Part shown: piece by piece, positions 50,000 through 61,173 of the stretch
How positions within the stretch are numbered: the first letter of the stretch is position 1
Layout: every line of letters starts with the position of its first letter
Source: Arcobacteraceae bacterium
GTDB lineage: Bacteria > Campylobacterota > Campylobacteria > Campylobacterales > Arcobacteraceae
Length of the DNA: 64,000 bases
Direction: 5' to 3'
Assembly (NCBI GenBank): GCA_048268245.1
Contig: JBLWVX010000010.1
Span: forward strand, 1-64,000
Made by a program: the position numbers and the translations under genes
Notes under the pieces: model-generated
What the model saw: only the letters and a program-made list of their open reading frames with translations
Database searches by the model: none
What the model was told of the DNA's origin: nothing

Positions 50000-51473
50000 C
50001 GTTTATTACCTCATTTTCCAACATAATATTCTTTAATCTTTCAACATTTGCAGAATTATGCGATAAATCAGCTCTTAATTCATTTTTTATATTAGTAATT
50101 AACTCTTCAATTGAACCAGTCATTTTGTACTTTTCTACAATATCTTTTGCAGTAGCATAAGCACTTTCTAAATCTTTGTGATTTATAGCATACTTCTCTT
50201 TTTTTATAACTTCAACACCAATGATTCCAGCTAAGTCTCTTTTTATATTTTGGCATAGCTCATGATATGAAGGATAAGTAGATTCTAGTTTTTCAACATT
50301 TTCATCAAATAAAGCAACTTTTGATTTAGAAATAAAGGCTTTTGATGCCTGATAAATAGATAAAATCTCTTTTTGTTTATCATCAAGGATTTTAATCTGT
50401 TTTTTTCCAAACTCTAGTTTGTTTTTAGCAACTTCAATATCATCCATATCTAAAACTTTTGATTCTCGTTTTATCATACATAATAAAGCTTCATTAATAA
50501 GTGTTGCAAGTGATGCTGAACTAAACCCTGAAGTATCATTTGCTAATTTTTCGATATTAACTTCATGATTTTTTTCTTTTAAATACAGCTCTAAAATTCT
50601 TTTTCTATCTTCAATATTTGGAAGTCCAACATGAACACGTCTATCAAACCTTCCAGCTCTTAAAAGTGCATCATCTAAAACTTCAATTTTATTTGTTGCA
50701 GCTATTACAATAACTCCACTATCACCTTCAAATCCATCCATTTGAGTTAATAGCTCATTTAAAGTAGCTTCTCTTTCATCATTTGATTTTCCACTTCTTG
50801 CTTTCCCTACTGCATCTATTTCATCAATAAAAACAATAGCAGGTGCACTAAGCTTTGCTTTTGCAAAAAGTTCTCTAACTTTTTTTGCACCCATTCCAAC
50901 ATAAATCTGAACAAAAGAAGCTCCACTTTGATAGAAGAAAGGTACATCAGCTTCTCCTGCAACTGCTCTTGCTATAAGTGTTTTACCAACACCAGGAGGT
51001 CCAACTAATAAAACACCTTTTGGTAATTTAATTCCATATTTTAAATACTTTTTAGGTTCATTTAAAAAATCTACTACTTCTTCAAGTTCTTCTTTTATTT
51101 CAGAAATTCCTGCGATATCTTTAAAAGTTACATTTGAACTAACTGCTTGAATATCTGAATTTATAATTTCATTTGAGACTTGTGCTCTTGACTTTACTAA
51201 CTCTTCATTAAAAGCACTATTTTTAATAGACTTGTTACCTCTTTTATTTTGAATATAGTCTCGAATCTTTTCTTGATTAAATTTAAGTACAAAAGCAAAA
51301 CCTAAAAGTACGAATAAGAAACCTATTCCTAAATAATAAGAACTATTTTGTATGTGAGCACTACTTTTGTAGATTGTATATAAAAAAAGTATCAGAAGAA
51401 CGATGGCAGAAATTGCCATCAACTTAAAGTTTTTATCTAAATTTTTATCTGTCTTATTTGAATTTTGCGACAT
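49986..51473 (-). CDS. Membrane AAA ATPase, FtsH-like without HEXXH
   Basis: Two TM segments, GPPGVGKT, FIDEIDAVG, ALLRAGRFDRR. Start 51473 or 51500. Confidence 0.88.
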   Translation of the reverse strand: MSQNSNKTDKNLDKNFKLMAISAIVLLILFLYTIYKSSAHIQNSSYYLGIGFLFVLLGFAFVLKFNQEKIRDYIQNKRGNKSIKNSAFNEELVKSRAQVSNEIINSDIQAVSSNVTFKDIAGISEIKEELEEVVDFLNEPKKYLKYGIKLPKGVLLVGPPGVGKTLIARAVAGEADVPFFYQSGASFVQIYVGMGAKKVRELFAKAKLSAPAIVFIDEIDAVGKARSGKSNDEREATLNELLTQMDGFEGDSGVIVIAATNKIEVLDDALLRAGRFDRRVHVGLPNIEDRKRILELYLKEKNHEVNIEKLANDTSGFSSASLATLINEALLCMIKRESKVLDMDDIEVAKNKLEFGKKQIKILDDKQKEILSIYQASKAFISKSKVALFDENVEKLESTYPSYHELCQNIKRDLAGIIGVEVIKKEKYAINHKDLESAYATAKDIVEKYKMTGSIEELITNIKNELRADLSHNSANVERLKNIMLENEVINVEDI

Positions 51474-52722
51474 TTTTATCAGCCTTTGCTTCATAGTCAT
51501 CTATGAAAATCCAATCTCCTACAATATCAACAGGAGATTCAACTTCTATTTGATTGAAGAATTGATCAAGCCCAATATATTTCCCATTTTTCTCTTGCTC
51601 TATTAAAACTTCAAGTCTTTGCTTGTTATTTTGTCTAAAATCAAGATTTTTTTGTTCAATAATTCTTGTCAATTCGTTATAACGTATTTTAGCAACGTCA
51701 CCTCTAATTTCAGGTTTCATAGTTGCACTTGGTGTTCCATCTCTTTTTGAGTAGGTAAATGCATGAACATGTGTAAGTGGAAATTTATGAAGATTTTCCA
51801 TAGCCTCTTTCCATAACTCGTCAGTTTCACCTGGATGACCTACGATAAAGTCCGTTCCTAATGCATATCCATTATCTTTTAAAAACTCAAAAAGTTCTAG
51901 GTCAGATAATACTTTATTTCTTCTGTTCATTATCTTTAACATATCTTTTGATGTATGCTGCAGTGCAATATGAAGATGTTTTGCCATAAATGGCTCATTG
52001 ATAATTTCTTTAAATTCATCATCAATTTGAATAGGTTCAATACTTCCCATTCTAATTCTTCTAACACCTTTGATTTGTGACATTTTCTTTAAAAGTTTTG
52101 CTAATGAAGTATGTTGTTTTTTACCATATGAACCTACATTTGTTCCAGTTAAAATAAACTCTCCAAAACCATTTGCAGCTAAAGTAGTTACTTGTTCTAA
52201 GATTTTATCTTCTCTATAAGACCTAGCATCACCTCTTACATAAGGAATAATACAATAAGAACATCTAAAATCACAACCCTCTTGTATTTTAATAAAGGCT
52301 CTACTTTTACCAACAAACTCTTCAACAATAGTTTCATCAATATGTTCTAAATCACCTGCTTGAAAAAATCTTTCTTCTTGTTTTAAAAGTTCATTAATAT
52401 TCTCTTTTTCAGAGTGTCCAAATAATGAGTCAACTTTTTGCTCTTTAAATAAGCTCTCACCTTTTGTCCATACTCCACAACCTGTAAATACAACTCTTGG
52501 ATCTTTTGGAAGTTTTTTTAAAGAGTTAATATAGCCTCGTGCAGTTGAGTCAGCACCATTTGTAACAGTACAAGAGTTGATTACAACTACATCTGCTTCA
52601 TTCTCTTTTTGTGTAATTTCAAAATCTTTTAAATTACTCATCATAACTTGAGTATCAAATACATTTGTTCTACAACCAAAAGTTTTAAAATATACCTTTG
52701 GTTTATCACTTGAAAAATTCAT
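51454..52722 (-). CDS. mtaB: tRNA t6A37 methylthiotransferase MtaB
   Basis: TFGCRTN, NSCTVT, CDFRCSYC radical-SAM motif. Confidence 0.92.
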   Translation of the reverse strand: MNFSSDKPKVYFKTFGCRTNVFDTQVMMSNLKDFEITQKENEADVVVINSCTVTNGADSTARGYINSLKKLPKDPRVVFTGCGVWTKGESLFKEQKVDSLFGHSEKENINELLKQEERFFQAGDLEHIDETIVEEFVGKSRAFIKIQEGCDFRCSYCIIPYVRGDARSYREDKILEQVTTLAANGFGEFILTGTNVGSYGKKQHTSLAKLLKKMSQIKGVRRIRMGSIEPIQIDDEFKEIINEPFMAKHLHIALQHTSKDMLKIMNRRNKVLSDLELFEFLKDNGYALGTDFIVGHPGETDELWKEAMENLHKFPLTHVHAFTYSKRDGTPSATMKPEIRGDVAKIRYNELTRIIEQKNLDFRQNNKQRLEVLIEQEKNGKYIGLDQFFNQIEVESPVDIVGDWIFIDDYEAKADKNVAKFK

Positions 52723-52740
52723 TAAATATTTGTCCTTAAT

Positions 52741-54498
52741 TTATCTTTTAATAATTGCATCTTCTAATTCACTTGGTACATTTCTTTTATGTACAGAAAC
52801 CCCATATGCATTATCTGTTTTATTAATATTAATTTGTTGAGTTGGGTATGCAATATGAATATCATCTTCTTTCATAAATGCACTAATAATCTCAGGAGAC
52901 ATAGTACTTCTTAGCTGTAATGCAGCATAAGAGTTTGTTAAATACCATCCTGAAATTACCATACCATGCTCTTCTGCAAAAGTAAATACTCTAGGTTCTA
53001 CTCCTGTAGCTCTTAGCTGATATTTACTTCTCATTTTAGATAACTGTTTTCTTGTAATATCAGTATATCCTTTTGAATAGTGTTTTAAAATATCTTTTAC
53101 AATTCTTTGTGCTTTTTTATGGTTTGAATCAAAAGTAATAGTAATATCAATACCATCCCAAACTGTTCTAAGTCCTGCATGTGTATAGTTTGCAATCATT
53201 TCAGAAAATACGTAGTTATTTGGAATGAAGAAAATTCTACCAGTTCTTCTATTTACTGTATATGATGTATAAGTAATATCTTCTCTAATTGTAATTTTAA
53301 ATAGCGAAATATCAAGAACATCACCTACTACTTCTAAACCATTTCTTGTAACTTTTATTCTATCTCCAACTTGAATAGAACCTGATGTTACAATAACCAT
53401 CCATCCAAAAATAGACATAAACCAATCTTTAAGTGCAATAGCAATACCAGCAGAAGCGAAACCTAAGATTGTTACTACATAAGAAACATTATCTATATAT
53501 GAGAAAAGTATTACCATAATTACTAAAAATACAACCGTAAAGTTGATTACTTTATTTGTCATATAGTAACTCTCATTTTGAGAGAAGTACTTTTTAAGTG
53601 TAAGTTTTACTAAAAATGTAATCACCCATAAAAGAACAATAATTGCTAATATGATTATGATTTTCTGAACTTGTTGAGATATTTGATCTTTTATCTCTAA
53701 AATAACTTGTTCAATTTTTCTTGTATATACAATTTGTGTTGTAGATACAATTTCTAAAACCATATTAAAATCTTTTTTTTGTTTATCTAAAAAAGTAATC
53801 TTATCTTTGTAAATACTCTTTTGGTCTAAATTAAATAACTCTAGATATAAAACAAGCTCCCTATCAAGTTTTAAAGTTAAATTCTCAATATCTTTTTCTA
53901 AATTTTGGAATTGTTTTTTATTATCTTCAAGTCTTTTAATATGAGATAAAGCATTTATAATTCCAAAAGGATTAGTAATTTCTTGATATTCTTCAATTTC
54001 TGGAGGATTAATAAGTCCACCAATAGGTGAACCTTTATACTCTTTAATAAGTTCTAATTCGTTTTCTTTTACTTTTATCTTATTATGTAATTGATATAGT
54101 TTTTCTTCGTTTTGAATTTTTTTCTTGTATGCTAAATCTTTTTTAAAGTTTGCAAGTTCAGTTGAAATCTTACTATAAGAAATATAGTTTGAATATCTTT
54201 TTAATAAAATATTATCTTTTAATTCTAAATCAATCTTTCTAACATTCTCTAATAAAACATTTATTTTAGCAAGATTTTGCATATCAATTTCTCTTGCTTT
54301 TTTCTCAGCTAATTCTCTTGCTTTTTTTGCTTCAAGCTCTTTTTGCGCAGCATCAAACTTTTGTTTTATCATCTTTTGTTCTATTTCATCAACAACTGCT
54401 TTATCTTCTGGTGCAATTACATCACCTGAAGTTACATTCTCTTGTGCAAATGAAATAGAAAAAATTAATAAAGCAGATAATACTATTTTTTTAATCAA
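52741..54498 (-). CDS. MscS-family mechanosensitive channel
   Basis: GFASAGIAIALKD, VGDRI, IPNN. Confidence 0.9.
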   Translation of the reverse strand: MIKKIVLSALLIFSISFAQENVTSGDVIAPEDKAVVDEIEQKMIKQKFDAAQKELEAKKARELAEKKAREIDMQNLAKINVLLENVRKIDLELKDNILLKRYSNYISYSKISTELANFKKDLAYKKKIQNEEKLYQLHNKIKVKENELELIKEYKGSPIGGLINPPEIEEYQEITNPFGIINALSHIKRLEDNKKQFQNLEKDIENLTLKLDRELVLYLELFNLDQKSIYKDKITFLDKQKKDFNMVLEIVSTTQIVYTRKIEQVILEIKDQISQQVQKIIIILAIIVLLWVITFLVKLTLKKYFSQNESYYMTNKVINFTVVFLVIMVILFSYIDNVSYVVTILGFASAGIAIALKDWFMSIFGWMVIVTSGSIQVGDRIKVTRNGLEVVGDVLDISLFKITIREDITYTSYTVNRRTGRIFFIPNNYVFSEMIANYTHAGLRTVWDGIDITITFDSNHKKAQRIVKDILKHYSKGYTDITRKQLSKMRSKYQLRATGVEPRVFTFAEEHGMVISGWYLTNSYAALQLRSTMSPEIISAFMKEDDIHIAYPTQQININKTDNAYGVSVHKRNVPSELEDAIIKR

Positions 54499-54499
54499 T

Positions 54500-55534
54500 T
54501 TAGAATTCCTTTAAAACCTCAATAACGTCAGCTTTACTTACTTCATCAGTAATAATACAATCACCTAAACCTTTAGGTAATATAAACTTGATTTTATTAT
54601 CTAGTGATTTTTTATCTAAGAAAAAGTGCTCATAGAAATCTTCCACATCTTTTATAGTATATGAAGTTGGTATTTCATACTTTTCAAGAAGTGTTTTTAC
54701 TCTTTGTGCTTCTTCTTCATTCATAAGTCCAACTTTTACAGCTAATTTATTTGCCATAACCATTCCAATACCAACAGCTTCACCATGTAAATATGTATCA
54801 TAATTTGTTTCATTTTCAATTACATGCCCAAAAGTATGTCCATAATTTAAAGCAGCTCTAATTCCATGCTCTTTTTCATCTTTTGATACTACATCTGCTT
54901 TTGTTTCAACAGATTTTGCAATAGCAATTTTTATATTCTCATCATTTGTTAAATCATTTTGCTCTAACCACTCAAAGAAATCTTTGTTAAAAGTAACTGC
55001 CATTTTAACTATTTCAGCTACTCCTGCACCAAATTCTCTTTTTGGTAAAGTCTTTAACATACTTGGATCAATTAAAACAGCTTTTGGTTGATGAAAAGCT
55101 CCAATTAAATTTTTTCCATATTTGTTATTTATACCTGTTTTACCACCAACACTTGCATCAACTTGAGAAAGAAGTGTTGTAGGAATTTGAACAAAATTAA
55201 TTCCTCTTTGATAAATAGAAGCTGCAAAACCAGTCATATCACCTATTACTCCACCACCAAAAGCAACAAGTAGTGATTTTCTGTCAAGTCTATGTTCAAA
55301 ACAATGATTTAAAATCATATCAATTGTACTCATATTTTTATACTCTTCCCCATCAGGAATAGTTACAACACTTAGCTCTTTTGCACTTAAATATTGTTTT
55401 AAGTACTCAAGATGAAAACCACTAACAGTTGGGTTAGTTACCACAACTACTTTTGTATCAAAATGTATGTCGTTTAATTTATCAATCGTAATATCGTAAG
55501 ATGTGTTATTTGGTAAAGTAATATTTACTATCAT
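54500..55534 (-). CDS. aroB: 3-dehydroquinate synthase
   Basis: GGGVIGD, PTTLLSQVDASVGGKT, LNYGHTFGH, LHGEAV. Confidence 0.96.
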   Translation of the reverse strand: MIVNITLPNNTSYDITIDKLNDIHFDTKVVVVTNPTVSGFHLEYLKQYLSAKELSVVTIPDGEEYKNMSTIDMILNHCFEHRLDRKSLLVAFGGGVIGDMTGFAASIYQRGINFVQIPTTLLSQVDASVGGKTGINNKYGKNLIGAFHQPKAVLIDPSMLKTLPKREFGAGVAEIVKMAVTFNKDFFEWLEQNDLTNDENIKIAIAKSVETKADVVSKDEKEHGIRAALNYGHTFGHVIENETNYDTYLHGEAVGIGMVMANKLAVKVGLMNEEEAQRVKTLLEKYEIPTSYTIKDVEDFYEHFFLDKKSLDNKIKFILPKGLGDCIITDEVSKADVIEVLKEF

Positions 55535-55683
55535 ATAAAATCCATTTAGTCTAAATTTATAAGATTTTATCCAAAAAAATCTAATTATCGGTTTAAAAAG
55601 TTCTATGAAATCGGGCTTTATTAAATGTATTTAAGATTCATTTGTTAGGGTAGATAAAATAATTAATTTCAAAGGGGGAGAGT

Positions 55684-56937
55684 ATGAATATTGTTAATAT
55701 TGGATTTTTTAGGGTATGAATAAAAACATGTCATTATTAACAATTTTTTTGATTTTAATAGCAGTTTTCTTAACAAGGTATTATCCAATTAAAAATGCAG
55801 ATTTTTTTACACATATTAGAGAATATCTAAATCCTTTTTTAGAATGGTATTATGTACTTTTAGTTGCTTTTTTACTCTTTTTTATGCTTTGGCTTGGTAT
55901 GAAGGTATAGAAATATAAAACTTTGAGAAGACTTAGAACAACCTGAATTTACTTTTTTTTCTTGGTTTTTTATTATTTTGCAGCAGGAACAGGTGTGGAT
56001 ATTCTTTTTTGATCAGTAGCACAAGCATTAATACAATTTCAAGAAAATCCTTTTACAGGTACACAAATGACACCTGAAGCTGCAATTAAAGGTATAAGTG
56101 TGGCATATTTTCATTAAAGATTAAACAGATTAATGATTGATAATATTGTAGATGTCCTAGCAGTTATTGGTACAATTTTTGTTATTACAACAACTCTTGG
56201 GCTAAGTATTGAACAAATGAACACAAGATTAAAAGAACTATTAAAGATTAATACATCAACAACATTACAAATTAGAGTTATTGTAGTTATACAGTTGATA
56301 GTAACAATGTCTGTACAATCAGGGCTTAACAAAGGTGTAAAACTACTTTCTGTTGGAAACTTTTACTTAAGTATCATAGCTTTAGAATTTTTGCTTATTT
56401 TTAGGGATGGTGGATAGCTAGGTATTCATTTGTTGGTATGTTTATTGCAAGAATTTCTAGAGGAAGAATATTTGAAGAATTTGTAGCTGGTCTACTTTCA
56501 ACACCTACTTTAATTACAATAATTTGGATTGGTTTATTTGGTGGTACTGCTCTTTATGAAGAGCTTTTTTGCTAAAAGATATTGTAACTGCTGCAAATAA
56601 TGATGTATCAGGTTCAACAAATCCTCCATCACTTCATAGAGCATTATGGAAAGTTATTCTTACGCTATTAACTGGTGTACTTATAGTAGCAAGAAGTGTT
56701 AAAACACTCCAAGCAGCAGTAATTACAGCATTATTGCCTTTTTCAGTTATTATCATTATTATGATTGCAGGACTTTTAAAAAGTCTAAGTTTAGAAAATA
56801 CTGCTGTAAGATCAGGAAATGAAATTTTAAGTGCAAGAGAACTATGGATTATTGAAAAAGATGTGGATGAAGAAACTACGATAATTAATGAACTAAACCC
56901 TAATATCAAAAAAATAGAAGAGCCTGAATATAAATAA
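55684..56937 (+). pseudogene. BCCT (betaine/choline/carnitine) transporter pseudogene
   Basis: Fragments PEFTFFSW..LFAAGTG..ILF*S, GLNKGVKLLS, FVGMFIARISRGR..EF, LQAAVITALLPF in different frames with stops and deletions. Confidence 0.85.
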
Positions 56938-56948
56938 GGCTTTTCTGT

Positions 56949-57083
56949 TTAAGATGGAAATACAAAAAAAGTACTACCAATAATACTACCTGCTAAGAAT
57001 AAACCTTGAAGCTTAAACTGAGACAAAATATCCATAGAACTTAAATCTGAACTATAAAATGAATCATAGTAATCTATTTTCAT
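56949..57083 (-). CDS. Putative 44-aa small protein with hydrophobic C-terminus
   Basis: MKIDYYDSFYSSDLSSMDILSQFKLQGLFLAGSIIGSTFFVFPS, RBS AAGGA. Confidence 0.5.
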   Translation of the reverse strand: MKIDYYDSFYSSDLSSMDILSQFKLQGLFLAGSIIGSTFFVFPS

Positions 57084-57201
57084 TTTTAATCCTTTTAGTA
57101 ATAAAATATTACTTTATTCTATAAAAGTAAGCTTAAATTAATATAAATATACTATGTTTAAAATGTTTTTTATGAAAAATTTGAAAAAATAATGTGGAAT
57201 T

Positions 57202-57277
57202 TGGCGACCCCAGTGTGATTCGAACACACGTCTTCAGGAGGAAATCCTGACGTCCTTGGCCGCTAGACGACGGGGTC
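57202..57277 (-). tRNA. tRNA-Glu(TTC), atypical anticodon loop
   Basis: Cloverleaf GACCCCG/TGGGGTC, D arm, TCAGG-ATTTCCT-CCTGA, GTGTG-TTCGAAT-CACAC, G73, encoded CCA; 76 nt. Confidence 0.9.
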
Positions 57278-57351
57278 ATATTTTGAAGACTGCAATTATA
57301 ATGTAAAATATATTGTATTTCTCTTAAAATATAAAGATTTATTACAATAGC

Positions 57352-57795
57352 TTATCTAAGTTTTAATTTTCTTCTTTTTGTAATCTTGTAAATAGAAGAT
57401 GAAACCTTTTCACTAAAGCCATCTTTTTGATTTACTATAATATCACTATTCTCTAAAGCAAACTTTTCATCAAAACTATTTCCAGATAGATTAGCAGATG
57501 TAGAATATAATATTTTAAATCTTGATATAAAAGGATGAAATAATGAATCTTTATTTATAACTCTAAATGATTTAAGATTTGGGTAAATATAAGTAGTTTT
57601 TGAAGCTCTTCTAACTTCTTTTCTAAACTTTTTAGGAACTCTAGTATTTTGGTTTAATGTCTTAAAAGAATCAACTGTATTTAGTATCTTTTTACTTCTA
57701 GGTCTTTGTTTTACATCTGAAAGCCTCTCATGTGAAGCACATGAGAAACCTACAGTTGTATCAGTTTGTACTAAATAAACTAATGATGAGTTCAT
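57352..57795 (-). CDS. Short Sua5/YrdC (TsaC-like) protein
   Basis: QTDTTVG, KQRP..K, STSAN. Confidence 0.85.
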   Translation of the reverse strand: MNSSLVYLVQTDTTVGFSCASHERLSDVKQRPRSKKILNTVDSFKTLNQNTRVPKKFRKEVRRASKTTYIYPNLKSFRVINKDSLFHPFISRFKILYSTSANLSGNSFDEKFALENSDIIVNQKDGFSEKVSSSIYKITKRRKLKLR

Positions 57796-60700
57796 TAGTC
57801 AGCTAAAAATTCCTGAATAGATTGTACATTTACACCATTTGAGCTCTTAAGAGCCTTCATCGCTTCAATACAAGCTAAAGCAGTTGCAGCTGTTGTACCA
57901 TAAGGAACATTCTCTTTTAATACTGCTCTTCTGATGTTTTTACCATCATCTTTTGATGACTCTTTACCATCTGATGTATTAAATGCAAGTGCAATTTCAC
58001 CATTTGTAATAGCATCAGTAATATTTGGTCTACCCTCAGAAATCTTAAGAACTTTCTCACACTCAATACCTGCATCAGTAATAGCTTTGTGAGTTCCACC
58101 AGTAGCAACTACTGAGAATCCCTCCTCTACTAAGCCTTTTGCTATTTGTGGAGCAAACTCTTTATCTAAATCACATAATGAAATAAACACTTTCCCTTCT
58201 GTTGGAAGTCCATTTTTAGCAGCACTTTGTGCTTTTGCATATGCCTCACCAAAGTTATCAGAAATACCCATAACTTCACCAGTTGACTTCATCTCAGGTG
58301 TTAAGATTGGATCTGAACCAGATAATTTGTTGAATGGGAATACAGCTTCTTTAACTGCAATATGTCCTTTTAATTTTGGTTTTAATACACCATTATCTTC
58401 ATGAACAATATCTTTATCATATACAGCAAGTGCATCTCTTAAACTCTCACCCCACATAACTCTAGTAGCAATCTTAGCTAAAGGCATACCAGTAGCTTTT
58501 GATACAAATGGAACAGTTCTTGATGCTCTTGGGTTTACTTCGATTAAGTAAATTTGACCTTTATGAATTGCATATTGAGTATTCATAAGACCAACTACAC
58601 CAAGACCAAGTGCCATAGCTTTAGTTTTTTCTTCTAACTCTTTGATTAGCACTTCTGAAATTGATACAGGAGGTAATGAACAAGCAGAGTCACCTGAGTG
58701 AACTCCAGCTTCTTCAATATGTTGCATAATCCCACCAATATAAACTTCTTTACCATCAGAAATACAATCAACATCAAGTTCAATTGCTCTATCTAAGAAT
58801 TTATCAATTAATACAGGTGCATCATTTGATACAGATACTGCTTCATCCATATATTGTCTTAGTTCATCTGTAGAGTATACAATTCTCATACCTCTACCAC
58901 CAAGTACAAATGAAGGTCTTACAAGTACTGGGTATCCAATTCTTTCAGCAATCTCTATTGCTTCATCAACTTTTACAGCTGTACCATTATCAGGTTGTAA
59001 TAATCCTGCTTTTTCAACAAATGTAGAGAACTTTTCTCTATCTTCTGCTAAATCAATAACTTCTGCAGTAGTACCAATAATCTTTCCACCAACATCATGA
59101 ATAGCATTTGCTAATTTAAGTGGAGTTTGTCCACCAAAGTGAACAATAATACCATCTGGTTTTTCTTGTTCAATTACAGCTCTTACGTGTTCAAAGTCAA
59201 TTGGCTCAAAGTATAATACATCAGACGTATCATAATCAGTTGATACTGTTTCTGGATTACAGTTATACATGATTGTTTTGATACCCATTTCATTTAAAGC
59301 AAATGATGCGTGTACACAACAATAGTCAAACTCAATACCTTGACCGATTCTGTTAGGACCACCACCAATAATTAATACTTTTTTAGTATCATCTTGTTTT
59401 TCAACTTTTGGTATTTTTGTAATATTCGTTGAAGAGTAAAGATATGGTGTAAGTGCTTTAAATTCAGCAGCACAAGTATCAACTTCATTGTATTCAAAAT
59501 CAACATCTAAAGCTTTTCTTGCAGAATATACTTCTTCTTCAGTTTTTCCAATAAGTAAACCAATCATAGCATCAGAGAATCCATTTGTTTTTGCTTCTCT
59601 CATAGCTTCTTCATTTGTAAGAATAGCATCACTCATTGAAGTTTCAATGTTATAGATTTCTCTAAATTTAGATAAGAACCATGGGTCGATGTTACATAAT
59701 TCAAATAGTTCTTCATTTGTAAGACCTTTTCTATAACCGTCCATTAAGTATCTTAATCTATCTGCATTTGGTCTTCTGATTTCAGCTTTGATTTTTTCTA
59801 AATCATCACAAATTGGATCAAATCCAACTAGACCTGTTTCCATAGAACATAATGCTTTTTGGATAGACTCATTAAATGTTCTACCTATAGCCATAACCTC
59901 ACCTACTGATTTCATACCTGTTGTAAGTGTAGAGTTTGCTTTAGGGAATTTTTCAAAAGTAAATCTTGGAATCTTTGTAACAACATAATCAATTACAGGC
60001 TCAAATGATGCAGCAGTTCCCGTAATATCATTTGTAATTTCATCTAAAGTAAATCCAACAGCAAGAAGTGTTGCTACTTTAGCAATAGGATAACCAGTTG
60101 CTTTAGATGCAAGAGCAGAAGATCTAGAAACTCTTGGGTTCATTTCAATTACAATCATTCTTCCTGTGTTTGGACAAATAGAGAACTGTACGTTTGATCC
60201 ACCAGTATCAACACCAATCTCTCTTAAGATTGCAAAAGAAGCATTTCTCATGTCTTGGTATTCTTTATCTGTAAGAGTAAGTGCAGGAGCTATAGTAGTA
60301 GAGTCACCTGTGTGAACACCCATAGGGTCTAAGTTTTCAATAGAACATACAATAATACAGTTATCTTTTTTGTCTCTGATAACTTCCATCTCGTATTCTT
60401 TCCAACCAAGCATAGATTCCATTATCTCAATTTCATTGATTGGAGAAGCTTCAATACCCTCTTCAGCAAGTTTTTTAAATTCGTCCATATTATAAGCAAC
60501 ACCTGAACCACCACCGGCTAGTGTAAATGAAGCTCTTGAAATAACTGGGAAACCAATCTCTTTTGCTTTTGTAATTGCTTCATCAACAGAATAAGCATTT
60601 GCAGATTTTGGTAAATCCATACCAATTTTAATCATAGCTTCGTTGAAAAGATGTCTATCTTCACCTTTTTTAATTGCATCAGGATGAGCTCCAAGGAATT

Positions 60701-61034
60701 GTACTCCATCAAGCATACCTTTTTCATACATAGTAGTTGCAACATTAAGTGCAGTTTGTCCACCCATAGTAGGTAAAATAGCATCAATGTTCTCTTTTTC
60801 TATGATTTTAGCAACAACCTCTTCAGTAATAGGTTCAATATAAGTTTTATCAGCAAATTCTGGATCAGTCATGATCGTAGCTGGATTTGAATTAATTAAA
60901 ACAACTCTGTATCCTAGTTCTTTTAGCGTTTTAGTAGCTTGTGTACCTGAGTAGTCAAACTCACACGCTTGTCCAATTACGATTGGTCCAGAACCAATAA
61001 GTAAAATAGATTTTATATCTTCTCTTTTTGGCAT
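57795..61034 (-). CDS. carB: Carbamoyl-phosphate synthase large subunit
   Basis: [52 protein letters not shown]. Confidence 0.98.
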   Translation of the reverse strand: MPKREDIKSILLIGSGPIVIGQACEFDYSGTQATKTLKELGYRVVLINSNPATIMTDPEFADKTYIEPITEEVVAKIIEKENIDAILPTMGGQTALNVATTMYEKGMLDGVQFLGAHPDAIKKGEDRHLFNEAMIKIGMDLPKSANAYSVDEAITKAKEIGFPVISRASFTLAGGGSGVAYNMDEFKKLAEEGIEASPINEIEIMESMLGWKEYEMEVIRDKKDNCIIVCSIENLDPMGVHTGDSTTIAPALTLTDKEYQDMRNASFAILREIGVDTGGSNVQFSICPNTGRMIVIEMNPRVSRSSALASKATGYPIAKVATLLAVGFTLDEITNDITGTAASFEPVIDYVVTKIPRFTFEKFPKANSTLTTGMKSVGEVMAIGRTFNESIQKALCSMETGLVGFDPICDDLEKIKAEIRRPNADRLRYLMDGYRKGLTNEELFELCNIDPWFLSKFREIYNIETSMSDAILTNEEAMREAKTNGFSDAMIGLLIGKTEEEVYSARKALDVDFEYNEVDTCAAEFKALTPYLYSSTNITKIPKVEKQDDTKKVLIIGGGPNRIGQGIEFDYCCVHASFALNEMGIKTIMYNCNPETVSTDYDTSDVLYFEPIDFEHVRAVIEQEKPDGIIVHFGGQTPLKLANAIHDVGGKIIGTTAEVIDLAEDREKFSTFVEKAGLLQPDNGTAVKVDEAIEIAERIGYPVLVRPSFVLGGRGMRIVYSTDELRQYMDEAVSVSNDAPVLIDKFLDRAIELDVDCISDGKEVYIGGIMQHIEEAGVHSGDSACSLPPVSISEVLIKELEEKTKAMALGLGVVGLMNTQYAIHKGQIYLIEVNPRASRTVPFVSKATGMPLAKIATRVMWGESLRDALAVYDKDIVHEDNGVLKPKLKGHIAVKEAVFPFNKLSGSDPILTPEMKSTGEVMGISDNFGEAYAKAQSAAKNGLPTEGKVFISLCDLDKEFAPQIAKGLVEEGFSVVATGGTHKAITDAGIECEKVLKISEGRPNITDAITNGEIALAFNTSDGKESSKDDGKNIRRAVLKENVPYGTTAATALACIEAMKALKSSNGVNVQSIQEFLAD

Positions 61035-61132
61035 AAAAAATTCCCCACATGTTTTTTTATAAAATTTGGGAAGTATAGCTAAAAAGGACTTAAACTAGGG
61101 TTACACGAAATGTATAAGAGTTTTTTGTGAGA

Positions 61133-61166
61133 AAAAATAGCATTATATTTTCATAATGCTATTTTT
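61133..61166 (-). terminator. Intrinsic terminator
   Basis: AAAAATAGCATTAT-N6-ATAATGCTATTTTT after the ThiF/MoeB-like gene. Confidence 0.75.
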
Positions 61167-61173
61167 ATATAGT

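Noticed and set aside
56010..56012. In-frame TGA as selenocysteine or recoding in the BCCT gene
   Set aside because: It falls at an expected Trp (TGG to TGA) in a gene with many other lesions.
55716..56937. Three separate small membrane-protein ORFs
   Set aside because: They are fragments of one BCCT pseudogene.
57084..57201. Integrative element at the tRNA 3' end
   Set aside because: No integrase and no duplicated tRNA 3' end were found by eye.
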